Shown: piece by piece, positions 26,309-34,687 of the stretch
Layout: each line of letters starts with the position of its first letter
How positions within the stretch are numbered: position 1 is the first letter of the stretch
From: a virus
Taxonomy: Duplodnaviria > Caudoviricetes
Virus record (IMG/VR): IMGVR_UViG_3300032373_000069
Location: 1 to 34,687 of that record
Reading direction: 5' to 3' (one strand)
Length of the DNA stretch: 34,687 bases
The notes under the pieces: generated by a model
The model's input: the letters and a program-made list of their open reading frames with translations, nothing else
The model's database searches: none
Told to the model about the DNA's origin: nothing
Made by a program: the position numbers and the translations under genes

Positions 26309-28071
26309 CCTGCATATCCATACATTTTAATTTCACCTGTGAAAGTTGAAGTGCTAGGCTGGAACCGTATGCCCTGCCAAGCGCCTGTGCCTCCATGGTA
26401 TCTGGAAAATCCTGTGTATTGGTAAAGGTTAGTGTCATCCCAGAAACCCTGCGAGAATATAGTTTTATACCCGGTTGTTGACTCAGGAAGTGCGAGCAGG
26501 TGCCGACTAGCGCAATTGTTGTTACGCGCTATCCCGCATACCCCTGTTGCATCGCTCGTTGATCCATAAGCACTGGTAGTAGAAGCAGCATACCCGCCGT
26601 TAATCGTCCAAGAATAATTTGCAGTTATCCAAGCGCCGCCAATTTTTACTTCAAATTGCATCTCCACGTCAGACGCGGCTGCATCAAAATCATAAAAAAT
26701 AAATTCAATAAGAGGGTATGTAGCGTCATCGAATAAGCCGTCAAATGTAATTAATGACGATGCCGATGGGCTTGCAGATGACAAAAGAACGCGCCCACCT
26801 CCACCCGCGTCTTGGAATGTTGGGGCTGCACCTGCGCCGTTCGACGTTAAGACTTGCGCTGCCGTTCCAACTGCGACAACAGCAGGTGCGCCAGTAGCGT
26901 CCCATGTAATCAATTCACCGTCTGTGCCATTGGCAAAGTCAGCAACTTCTATATTGGCGATTGAGTTGCCAGTGCCGTTGGCATCGAAAGTTTTATTCGT
27001 AAACGTGTCTGTCGATGATGCGGTCACGCCAGACCCGACAACAGCCGTTCCGTCTGCCTTTGTGTAGCAAGTGCATTGAACCGTGTTAGCGCCTGTGGAT
27101 TGCCACTCAGCAACGTCACCCGCCGCCGTTGTAATATCTGCCCCGCCGGGTAGGTCTTGTGTCGTGGCATGGTGCGTCAGCGTCAGGATGCCATCAAACT
27201 GCGTGTAGTAATGTCGGTCAGCCGCAACAGTATGCGTTGCGATTGTCGTGGTCCCGGTGACATCAAAATAGTTTCCGTCCGTCCCGACTACGAGAGGGTC
27301 TGCGGATGCAAGGTCTGCACCCTTCACACCGAATACCCCAGCGCTAACCCCTGCCGCCGCTGCACTCGCTGCCGCACTTGCAACATCAGCATTGGTTGAT
27401 ACTACGTCTGCGTTAGTGCTTACAACATCAGCATTCGTTAGAACTACGTCTGCCGCAGCTTTTGCAGCATAATGCTTGGCGCTGTACTCAGTCCCATCAA
27501 CCGTGTCATCTTCTGCGGCAGTCGCCCATTCTTTTGCAGCGCCTTTTCCAGCCGTATCTGTGACACCTGTGCCGCCGATAGCATACGCCTTGGCGCTGTA
27601 CTCAGAACTTGCTACGACACCATCTGTTTTTGAAGCCCATTCCTCTGCGAGTGCGCTCGTCGTAACGTCAGTGAAAGCCGACACTATCTGAAAGTTCGTT
27701 CCGTCATAAATGGCGATGACCTTTTGGCCTGAGATAATATCACCAGCCGCCATATTTGTGGAAACTGACTTCTTCAATATCTTAGCGCCAAGGCTATCGA
27801 CGTTGATCGTCACTGACCCTGTATTCGTTCCAGAAGCTTCAAATGCGATGACAAGTCCGTCATAATATGCTGACAGAGTTTGGTTCGCCGCAACAGTGAT
27901 GACATCAGCAGTGCCGCCGGGGGTGATAGACGCATTCGTGTCTTTATCCCAACGGGCAATGATACCTTCAAGCGCTCTCGCACCGTTGTTGACCGTTGAC
28001 GGTAGCTGGTTTTCTGGGAACCTCGCCGTGTTTGAAGCGTCTACAACATTAAGATCATTTATTTCAGCCAT
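26305..28071 (-). CDS. Tail fibre / receptor-binding protein
   Basis: N-terminal P..Q.PS.VNN.AR anchor, NTG.VTINV..LGAK and YDGTNFQ, Ala/Thr-rich shaft, QVLTSNG.GAAPTF, C-terminal G.IKMYG. Confidence 0.85.
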   Translation of the reverse strand: MAEINDLNVVDASNTARFPENQLPSTVNNGARALEGIIARWDKDTNASITPGGTADVITVAANQTLSAYYDGLVIAFEASGTNTGSVTINVDSLGAKILKKSVSTNMAAGDIISGQKVIAIYDGTNFQIVSAFTDVTTSALAEEWASKTDGVVASSEYSAKAYAIGGTGVTDTAGKGAAKEWATAAEDDTVDGTEYSAKHYAAKAAADVVLTNADVVSTNADVVSTNADVASAAASAAAAGVSAGVFGVKGADLASADPLVVGTDGNYFDVTGTTTIATHTVAADRHYYTQFDGILTLTHHATTQDLPGGADITTAAGDVAEWQSTGANTVQCTCYTKADGTAVVGSGVTASSTDTFTNKTFDANGTGNSIANIEVADFANGTDGELITWDATGAPAVVAVGTAAQVLTSNGAGAAPTFQDAGGGGRVLLSSASPSASSLITFDGLFDDATYPLIEFIFYDFDAAASDVEMQFEVKIGGAWITANYSWTINGGYAASTTSAYGSTSDATGVCGIARNNNCASRHLLALPESTTGYKTIFSQGFWDDTNLYQYTGFSRYHGGTGAWQGIRFQPSTSTFTGEIKMYGYAG

Positions 28072-29969
28072 TATTCTTGTGCTCCATATGCGCCGCCAAG
28101 GTATCCACCAACGCCGCTTGTGCCGCCTTGGAACATTCCACCACCATAGCTTAATGGTCGCATAATGTTTCCACCTTTCATTATTTGAAATGCTTGTGCT
28201 TTATCTGCCGCTTTCGGGGAAGCTAACAGTTTAGCAACAATTTGTGAAACATCTTCTGGCTGTGGTGCCATTTTATTTAAAGCGCCACGAAGAAGCATAG
28301 TCGTCGGGTCTGCACCAGCGACAACATCAGACGCATAGTTGAGCAAACTATTACCAGCACTCTGTCGTTGTGATGTTTGTGACCCACTAAGTTCAGCAAA
28401 TGTTTTGGCTTTTGCGGCTTCACTCTTTACTGTTTTACGGAACTCACGTGCGCCAGCCTTCCCAAGGAGATCGTCCATTGCTTCTTTAGCGGCTCTCGAA
28501 TTAAATATATTTGTAACGTCAGCGTATGGCGGCTTGCCTTTGATCTTCTTGACTAATACCGAAGCAGCACCCGAACGGAAAGCCTCAAGTTCATGCGCCC
28601 CCATTTTGGCAATGTCAGCTTTGCCAAACCCAGCCATAGCGCTTTTTTCGGCATCCAAGCTCAGCATGAACTTACGCCCATTCTCGACAGCTTCCATCGC
28701 CGCAGATGCACCAGCATATTCTGATCGGGCTTTTTTGTAATCTGGGATTATGTCGTCCAAGTGGTCGCGGAATTTGTCACGGAAGCCTTTTGCGCTAGTA
28801 CCCATGACTCCGCTCTTATTAAATTCTTTTTGAACAACCGCATCCAAGCCCTGCTTCATATAGTCGAGCATTCTTGCGTTAGGCTGTGCATACACCTTAC
28901 CAGCGTCTGTCTTGGTAAATAGTTTAGGTAAAATTACACCCTCACGCTCTGCGATTTTTTGAGCGAGCTTGTATGCCTGTTTTGCGTCTTTGGTTTCAAA
29001 AAAGCCCTTTAATTCGTCAGTAAGTGGCACCTCTGTCTCGTAGACCTTGCCATAATTTTTATTAGCCAATGCCCGCCTCGACCTGCCGATATCGTCAATC
29101 GTGTCAGCAGCACCACCGCTTGATATTTTCTTGCTGACCTGCGGCAAAATGCGGGCGTCCTGTGAGACTTGTCGAGCAGCTAAGAACTTCGCCTGATTGC
29201 CACCGCCAATGCTTCTGACAGCAGCGCCAGCCGCACGTTGAGTATCCACAGGAGCGTAATCAGCGATAACGCTTAGGGGGTCGGCATTGACCTTTTGCTC
29301 TAATGCAGCGACTTGCTTTCTTGGGATGGTCCCTTGAATTACGTTTGCAGCTTGTCTCTTAGCTCCACCGGGAATCATGCGACCAACAGCCGAAGCGCCC
29401 TTTTGAAAACCATGAGCCACACCCGGCAAGATAGCGCCACCAGCAAGGCCAACGCCTGTACCTGTCGCAACGTCAGCAGCCAATCCGCCCATGTCACCAT
29501 CGACAAAACCGTGTTCACTCATTCCAGCGCCAGTCAGACCGCCTTGAGCGCCGCCTTGAGCAGCGCCATAGAGCATCTTTGCGCCAAGGCCTAGCCCTTT
29601 GCCAGCTAACTTAAAGCCTGCGCCACCGACACCCGTTAAAAGCGCTCCAGCGCCCTGTAAACCGAGTGTTCCGAGTGTCCCAAGGCTATCTTCTGTCTGC
29701 TTCATGTCAGAACGCACTCTAGCTAAGTGCTTCTGGTATGCTTCACCTATTGGCTTGCCTTGGACAATTGCGTCTGCACCCGCTTGAAATGCAGCAGAGA
29801 TTTCGTCACCAAACCCCATCGCAGCGCCTTGGCCGAAGACTTGCTGTGCATAGTCGCCCCAACTCGGCTCAAACCCATTCGCATCAGGAACTTGCGCAGC
29901 CGCTTTAGACTCTAATTCTTCAAGCCTATCTAGTTCTCTTAATCTTTGAAGCTCTTCTTGAGGGGTCAT
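28071..29969 (-). CDS. Large DNA-ejection / internal virion protein
   Basis: QGAAMGFGDEI motif, long Gly/Ala amphipathic region, helical C-terminal part; P22 gp16 position. Confidence 0.7.
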   Translation of the reverse strand: MTPQEELQRLRELDRLEELESKAAAQVPDANGFEPSWGDYAQQVFGQGAAMGFGDEISAAFQAGADAIVQGKPIGEAYQKHLARVRSDMKQTEDSLGTLGTLGLQGAGALLTGVGGAGFKLAGKGLGLGAKMLYGAAQGGAQGGLTGAGMSEHGFVDGDMGGLAADVATGTGVGLAGGAILPGVAHGFQKGASAVGRMIPGGAKRQAANVIQGTIPRKQVAALEQKVNADPLSVIADYAPVDTQRAAGAAVRSIGGGNQAKFLAARQVSQDARILPQVSKKISSGGAADTIDDIGRSRRALANKNYGKVYETEVPLTDELKGFFETKDAKQAYKLAQKIAEREGVILPKLFTKTDAGKVYAQPNARMLDYMKQGLDAVVQKEFNKSGVMGTSAKGFRDKFRDHLDDIIPDYKKARSEYAGASAAMEAVENGRKFMLSLDAEKSAMAGFGKADIAKMGAHELEAFRSGAASVLVKKIKGKPPYADVTNIFNSRAAKEAMDDLLGKAGAREFRKTVKSEAAKAKTFAELSGSQTSQRQSAGNSLLNYASDVVAGADPTTMLLRGALNKMAPQPEDVSQIVAKLLASPKAADKAQAFQIMKGGNIMRPLSYGGGMFQGGTSGVGGYLGGAYGAQE

Positions 29970-31150
29970 TGATTTGGTCCCCTCTGGTGTTTTGCTCTAA
30001 GCATCTCCAACTCTGCAAAGTCACTGTCTGTCATATTGGGCGGCTTTGCTCCCGTCGCGAATGTGCTTCTATCAATTCGCGGCTTATATGGGTCATAGAT
30101 ACCACTGAAAGCGCGATTCGCATCAAGCCCCTCGTAACCATAGCTGCCAAACCTCTTCTTTTCAGACGCTAATCTGTTTTGCACCGTTCTGTCAGCAGTG
30201 TCGAATTGGTTTCTGGCTTGGCCTAAAAGTTTCTTGCGCTCGGTAGGGGTCAAAACGTCACCGCTCGACACCTTGCTCAACATACTTTTTAAATACCCCG
30301 GCAATCCACCCGTCTGCGCAGCCATTCCAAATTCACTTTCTCGAACGACAGAGGTAGGGTCGAGCATTTTCATAAAGCCGAAGATCAGGGCAAGGTCAGC
30401 AGCGCCCTGACCTGATGCCAAAACCTGAGAAGGATTTATTAGCACCCCGTCAACCGCGAATCCATCTCTGATTTGTTGCGTTGCCATTGCCGGGTTGTCT
30501 TGCGTTGCCTCAAGTGCTTTGAATGCGTTGATACGCTCCAGCGAGTCTTTAAGTGCTGTCGAGACTGTCTTGTTTGCGTCACGCTCAAGGGTGACAACAT
30601 CTTTTGCCGACAACCTCCCCTCACCGGAAGCCTTGAGGCGCTCAATTTCCATCTTTCTTTGGTGCTCTAGAAAAGAAGTAGCATTCGCTGCTTTCGTGGC
30701 AATGTCTGATTGTGCGACACCTAGCCCGTCAGCCTCAAGCATGGCGCGTCTTGCCGGGTCCATTGCCGTTTGCGCTTGTCCAGCGGCAACGGTCGGCCCT
30801 TGAGCCCCTCCCATCTGCTGAGACATAGAATATCGGTCAGCCGCTAATTGCTGTTGTTTCTGTTGCGCTTGTTGACGCTTTGCAGCTTCGATGGCAAGGC
30901 GTGTCTTTTCAGCTTCGGCTTGCATCTGCTGGTATTGCATATCAGCAATTTGGCCTTGTTTTGCTTTGTCGATTGACGATTGATACCCTTGACCGAAACC
31001 AGCGCCGCCCTGACCTAATGCACTTAAAAATGATGTAGGCATAGTTGACGGGCCACCAGCAGATGACAGGTTTTTGCCTAAGTTCAACAAGCCTTGATAC
31101 ACCGCTTGATGCTTATCACCGGGGCTTACTAATAATGGTTTATATGCCAT
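29966..31150 (-). CDS. DNA-ejection / internal virion protein
   Basis: Gln/Ala-rich; D.ALIFGFMKMLDP.SVVRESEF motif; P22 gp20 position. Confidence 0.7.
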   Translation of the reverse strand: MAYKPLLVSPGDKHQAVYQGLLNLGKNLSSAGGPSTMPTSFLSALGQGGAGFGQGYQSSIDKAKQGQIADMQYQQMQAEAEKTRLAIEAAKRQQAQQKQQQLAADRYSMSQQMGGAQGPTVAAGQAQTAMDPARRAMLEADGLGVAQSDIATKAANATSFLEHQRKMEIERLKASGEGRLSAKDVVTLERDANKTVSTALKDSLERINAFKALEATQDNPAMATQQIRDGFAVDGVLINPSQVLASGQGAADLALIFGFMKMLDPTSVVRESEFGMAAQTGGLPGYLKSMLSKVSSGDVLTPTERKKLLGQARNQFDTADRTVQNRLASEKKRFGSYGYEGLDANRAFSGIYDPYKPRIDRSTFATGAKPPNMTDSDFAELEMLRAKHQRGPNQ

Positions 31151-31162
31151 GCTTAAATATCC

Positions 31163-31996
31163 TTACTGAGGCCAAATGCCGCCTTTACCAAACAATGTCC
31201 CGCCAATGCCCGCCGCCGTCGAAGCTGCACCGAGATATTCAGCGCCCTTGTTGCGATAGATTGGAGTTGTTTGGGTGCCTTGAGCACCATACCCGCCCTT
31301 GATTAATGCCATGTAATTCGCAAGCGCGTCTTTCGGTGCGTTCTGTTCTGCCTGATAACGGCTGATTTGGTCTTGCAACTCTGCACCAGCCATACCCTCA
31401 CGCTCTTGACCAACATTCTTTAGCGCATTGATGTCAGTGTAATCTTGGTTTGCAAGTGCTGGTGCAAGCGTAGCTGCTTGTAGCTGCTTTGTACGCTCAT
31501 CACCGTACATCTTCGAAGCCATAGAGCCAGATACGTCGCCAACTTGACGAGCGATTGATTCACCAGCCCGCCGCTGCATATTCTCTTGAGCACCAGAACC
31601 ATACCGACCCTTCGCACTAACGCCCGATTGAATGCCGGGAAGAATATCTTGCTGCCAAGAGTCAATCATTGGGCGCGTTGCCGCGTCAACTGCCTGTTGG
31701 AAGTATGGGTTCTGATTGGACAAGTAGTCACCCGATAGCGTGTCACCGACCATGCCTTGAGCAGACTGAGTGACAGGAGAGCCAGCTAACGCCCGATCCT
31801 CTTGCATCTGCAATCCCTGCTCAGATTGTTGAGAGAACGGGACAACAGTGCTATTAGGGTAATATACATTAGGCTTCTCCAGAACATCGCTCTGCGCAAG
31901 CTCAAAGCCCTTCTTGAGATAGTCTTGCTGCGGTTCCCATGGGGAACTGTCAGTCTGAACTGTCTGATATGTTGATGGTTCGTCGTCGCCACTCAT
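31163..31996 (-). CDS. DNA-ejection/pilot protein (likely start MSGDDE at 31996)
   Basis: PW..QQ.YL, NPY, G.YGSG, Gln-rich, Gly/Ala hydrophobic C-terminus; P22 gp7 position. Confidence 0.7.
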   Translation of the reverse strand: MSGDDEPSTYQTVQTDSSPWEPQQDYLKKGFELAQSDVLEKPNVYYPNSTVVPFSQQSEQGLQMQEDRALAGSPVTQSAQGMVGDTLSGDYLSNQNPYFQQAVDAATRPMIDSWQQDILPGIQSGVSAKGRYGSGAQENMQRRAGESIARQVGDVSGSMASKMYGDERTKQLQAATLAPALANQDYTDINALKNVGQEREGMAGAELQDQISRYQAEQNAPKDALANYMALIKGGYGAQGTQTTPIYRNKGAEYLGAASTAAGIGGTLFGKGGIWPQ

Positions 31997-32691
31997 TATA
32001 CAATCCTCGTAATAGGGGCTGGAATAAAGTCGTTGCCTTCCCACCAGTTCCGTCTGAATTGGTATTGAGGCTGTGGGATGGGTGCCGCAGTTGGGTTTAG
32101 AACGCTTGGGCCAGCTTGTGGAGGGTATATAACGCCCGTGTAGTCGCTGCCACCACCAGAATCCCCTTCATTCGATACGTCTGCTGCTGTGGGAGAACCA
32201 GTAATGCTAATGCTCGCCTCTGTGTCTTGGTTCGCGGCTTCCATTGCCTCTGCCAGAGTGCCTTTTGCATTGTTAAACCCGACAACGTTGTCGGTAATGT
32301 CATTCGAAATAGGAGTCGCCAAGTCAAAAAGACCGCTTAGAAATCCTTCAACATTATATCCCTCAGTCTCTGCCGCTGGGCCTGTAAAGCCCGGTCCTCT
32401 CATTGGCGCGTTATTTTTTGGGTTAGTGTTAAAGAACGCTGGAGCCCATGATGGAGGGCCGACATTAGACGGAGAGCTACTAGGCGCATCAACGCTATAG
32501 CCATGCCCGACAGGTGATGCCATGCCTTGCGTATTCGCTGCGGAAACGTCACTCAAACCGGGGTGTCCGGGGGGTTCGCCGCCACCATCGCCACCGGGGC
32601 CTGCACCAGCAGCGAAACACATAGACGCAATGTTCTTGCGATCTAAATGCTCAAATGAGAATGCATCCAAGCTGTTACAAAATTCGTCCAT
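31996..32691 (-). CDS. Gly/Pro/Ser-rich low-complexity protein, putative virion component
   Basis: 231 aa; GAGG RBS; TAATG-coupled to the ejection gene; leader ends MCF before AAGAGPGGDGGG. Confidence 0.65.
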   Translation of the reverse strand: MDEFCNSLDAFSFEHLDRKNIASMCFAAGAGPGGDGGGEPPGHPGLSDVSAANTQGMASPVGHGYSVDAPSSSPSNVGPPSWAPAFFNTNPKNNAPMRGPGFTGPAAETEGYNVEGFLSGLFDLATPISNDITDNVVGFNNAKGTLAEAMEAANQDTEASISITGSPTAADVSNEGDSGGGSDYTGVIYPPQAGPSVLNPTAAPIPQPQYQFRRNWWEGNDFIPAPITRIV

Positions 32692-33148
32692 AGCGTCCTC
32701 TAATCGTTTTCATGTCTCGCGCTCTGACGCGTTTGCAGTCGCCGGGGATGATAGCCTTTAATTCTTCTAAGCAATGCCGAACGTGTGACGGGAGGATAAC
32801 AATTTCTGCTCCCCATAGCTCAGGACCAGAGCGCCAATCGCTAGGCTGCATCTGCCTGTTTCCAGCCATTTTTGTATGTGCAGTTTGCGGAGGTAAGTAC
32901 GCCCAAGTGACGAAACCAACAGGCGCATGGTTGTGAATGAACAGGTGAAATTGCTTGAGTTGAATCGGAGCCATCAAATAGTTCTTAATATCCGAGACTG
33001 TCCAATCCTTGTATCTGTCGAACATACTCATCAACGACACGACAAAGCCGAGTTTCATTGAGTCATGGAAAGGCTGTTCGCTAGTGTGATAAATGCTCAT
33101 GTCAGGGAGCGTTGAGTGCAGCGCATGGCTTGTCATAGCTTCACCCAT
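32675..33148 (-). CDS. HlyC/RtxC-family toxin-activating acyltransferase paralogue with divergent active site
   Basis: LG.V..LM, W.V..I.....PIQL.Q, PVGFVTWAYL, DWRSG.ELW; catalytic SxxH replaced by FDRY and DxIAPFG by EIVILPS. Confidence 0.82.
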   Translation of the reverse strand: MGEAMTSHALHSTLPDMSIYHTSEQPFHDSMKLGFVVSLMSMFDRYKDWTVSDIKNYLMAPIQLKQFHLFIHNHAPVGFVTWAYLPPQTAHTKMAGNRQMQPSDWRSGPELWGAEIVILPSHVRHCLEELKAIIPGDCKRVRARDMKTIRGRYGRIL

Positions 33149-33891
33149 GATATAACCATTCCAGCAGGGTCAAATTCCCACCACCGCTCTTTCGTTGTTT
33201 CTGCTCTTGGGCTTTTATGATGGTTGTTATGCCATCCTTCGCCAAAACTGAGGAAATTCAGCCACCAGACGTTTTTGCTCTTGTCTTTTGCATCGTGGCT
33301 TTGGTATCCCCAATTCTTATGAGCAGCCCAATTCAAGAAGCCCTCTGCGAACATCGTCAACGCGGCAGGGACGAAGAATCCCCAGTATAAGCCCTCAACA
33401 CCAAACGCAGCGAATATGCACATTGCAAAGACTGCAACGACTTGGAAGTAATACTTGTGCAAGAATGCGCAGAACGGGTCGCGGATAATTTTCTTCATTC
33501 CAGCGAAACCAGAAACCTTTTCCATATCGTACCGGACAGCTTGCATATTAAAAAACCCGATATCGCTGCGATGGGGGTCGCCGTCACGGTCTGAATATCT
33601 ATGATGTGATTTATGAATCACGGCCCACCCTAGAGGACTGCCGCTGCAACTTACTGCGCCAAGGAGAATGAATATCCGACGCAATGTCTCATTACGGAAC
33701 TCAAATGCGCCGTGGCTCAAATGTCTGTGATAACCGACGATCACGCCAAGGCCATTCATTAAGAACAACATGACGTAAGCTATTGCGATGCCATGCCAGC
33801 TTAATTCAACAAGCCCTATAGTCGGCAGCAAAAGCACACACGCAATATTAAATGCGAACAATAGTGCTATTTTGTCAACTGACTGATGCAT
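33133..33891 (-). CDS. Membrane fatty acid desaturase, Delta9 (OLE1/DesC-like)
   Basis: Three His boxes HRHLSH, HKSHH and HNNHH; SD..GDPH, GEGWHNNHH, WWEFDP; TM segments. Confidence 0.95.
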   Translation of the reverse strand: MHQSVDKIALLFAFNIACVLLLPTIGLVELSWHGIAIAYVMLFLMNGLGVIVGYHRHLSHGAFEFRNETLRRIFILLGAVSCSGSPLGWAVIHKSHHRYSDRDGDPHRSDIGFFNMQAVRYDMEKVSGFAGMKKIIRDPFCAFLHKYYFQVVAVFAMCIFAAFGVEGLYWGFFVPAALTMFAEGFLNWAAHKNWGYQSHDAKDKSKNVWWLNFLSFGEGWHNNHHKSPRAETTKERWWEFDPAGMVISWVKL

Positions 33892-34309
33892 TATGGCTCC
33901 TTGGTTTCACTATCAAATCGGAACTAACCCGTCTTGATTTCTTGTGCCGCCGCCATTCTGCTTTTGGATAGTCTGGGAATAGGTCGCGGCATTTACGGTA
34001 CAGTTTCCGAGCATCCCCAAATGGGGTTATGAAATCTGCGAAGATCAGAACGTTGCCGCTTCTCCAATCTTCAACTTGCAATCTATAGTTACCTTCAAGA
34101 AACCTATCAGCTTTTTCCCTGTCTGTAAATCCCCATGATACCCAGCCGTGCAATTGGCTATCTCTAAACAATCCGATGTTTTGCCTGAGATTTACCGGGG
34201 GGATTATTATTCGTGAAACCTGCTCCATGTTCCAATTCTTATGCACATCAGATTGCGACATCAAATGTATAACGTGGTCTAATGGCGCAGGGGCAAAGGT
34301 TTCTTTCAT
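33875..34309 (-). CDS. HlyC/RtxC-family toxin-activating lysine acyltransferase
   Basis: SDVHKNW (SxxH), WVSW, EDWRSG, DFITPFGD..KLY; aligns by eye along its length with E. coli HlyC motifs. Confidence 0.9.
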   Translation of the reverse strand: MKETFAPAPLDHVIHLMSQSDVHKNWNMEQVSRIIIPPVNLRQNIGLFRDSQLHGWVSWGFTDREKADRFLEGNYRLQVEDWRSGNVLIFADFITPFGDARKLYRKCRDLFPDYPKAEWRRHKKSRRVSSDLIVKPRSHNASVS

Positions 34310-34644
34310 CAGCCTACCAGAATGATTTTGTACGTCTTGTCAGTGTTTGCGTCGTTCGTGTGGATAAGTGACATTGAACCGTTAACCGGGCTTGTGAAGT
34401 CTCTGTAAGGCCAAATAGCTGCGGCTTCTGCGTTGACTGTCGTAGGGACTGCGATTGCAACGGTGTTGAATCCTATACGGCTGTCAGTAACAGTCGTCGC
34501 AGCGACATTCTCAGTTACGGTCACGTCAAGAACGTTGTTCGTTCTGCCGTTTGAAATACCCGCGATAGACTGAGATTGCAGCCGACTTAACCGCTTCTGG
34601 TCCTCAAGGTCTGACGGGGGGATAGGGAACTTTGAAACGGTCAT
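34309..34644 (-). CDS. Small putative virion (tail-associated) protein
   Basis: 111 aa, follows the nozzle gene across the junction; NGRTNN, TTVTDSRIG, H.N...DKTY..I.VG. Confidence 0.6.
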   Translation of the reverse strand: MTVSKFPIPPSDLEDQKRLSRLQSQSIAGISNGRTNNVLDVTVTENVAATTVTDSRIGFNTVAIAVPTTVNAEAAAIWPYRDFTSPVNGSMSLIHTNDANTDKTYKIILVG

Positions 34645-34687
34645 TAGAACTCTCCGTCCTCAGTTACCGTCACATCAACTCCTTGAG
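34561..34687. repeat. Terminal direct repeat, copy 2
   Basis: Identical to 1-127. Confidence 0.97.

Noticed and set aside
32500-32620. Gly-rich stretch as RTX calcium-binding repeats
   Set aside because: GPGGDGGG is a single low-complexity patch, not tandem GGxGxDxLx nonapeptides; no RTX toxin is present.

Overview
The window is an apparently complete ~34.56-kb genome of a short-tailed dsDNA phage; positions 1-127 repeat exactly at 34561-34687, probably an assembly overlap. Head genes are P22-like: small and large terminase, portal, acidic scaffold and P22 gp5-type coat. These are followed by an adaptor, a tail nozzle, three putative DNA-ejection proteins and a tail fibre. The early and middle region has a lambdoid divergent layout. 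The rightward arm carries an ERF recombinase, a YqaJ exonuclease, SSB and NinB. The leftward arm carries a Cro-like HTH, VRR-NUC, HNH-AP2, a replication initiator with internal iterons, a PAPS-reductase-like gene and GapR. No integrase or CI repressor is recognisable. GapR and the SSB sequence suggest an alphaproteobacterial host. The most notable feature is a cassette in the virion operon, between the tail genes and the ejection proteins: HlyC-family acyltransferase, Delta9-type fatty acid desaturase, a second HlyC paralogue with a changed catalytic triad, and a Gly/Pro-rich protein. This suggests a phage-encoded protein-lipidation system. Second, a whole SAM-dependent methyltransferase domain is inserted in-frame inside the PAPS-reductase/DndC-like gene. 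All family calls come from motif recognition by eye; no database search was run.
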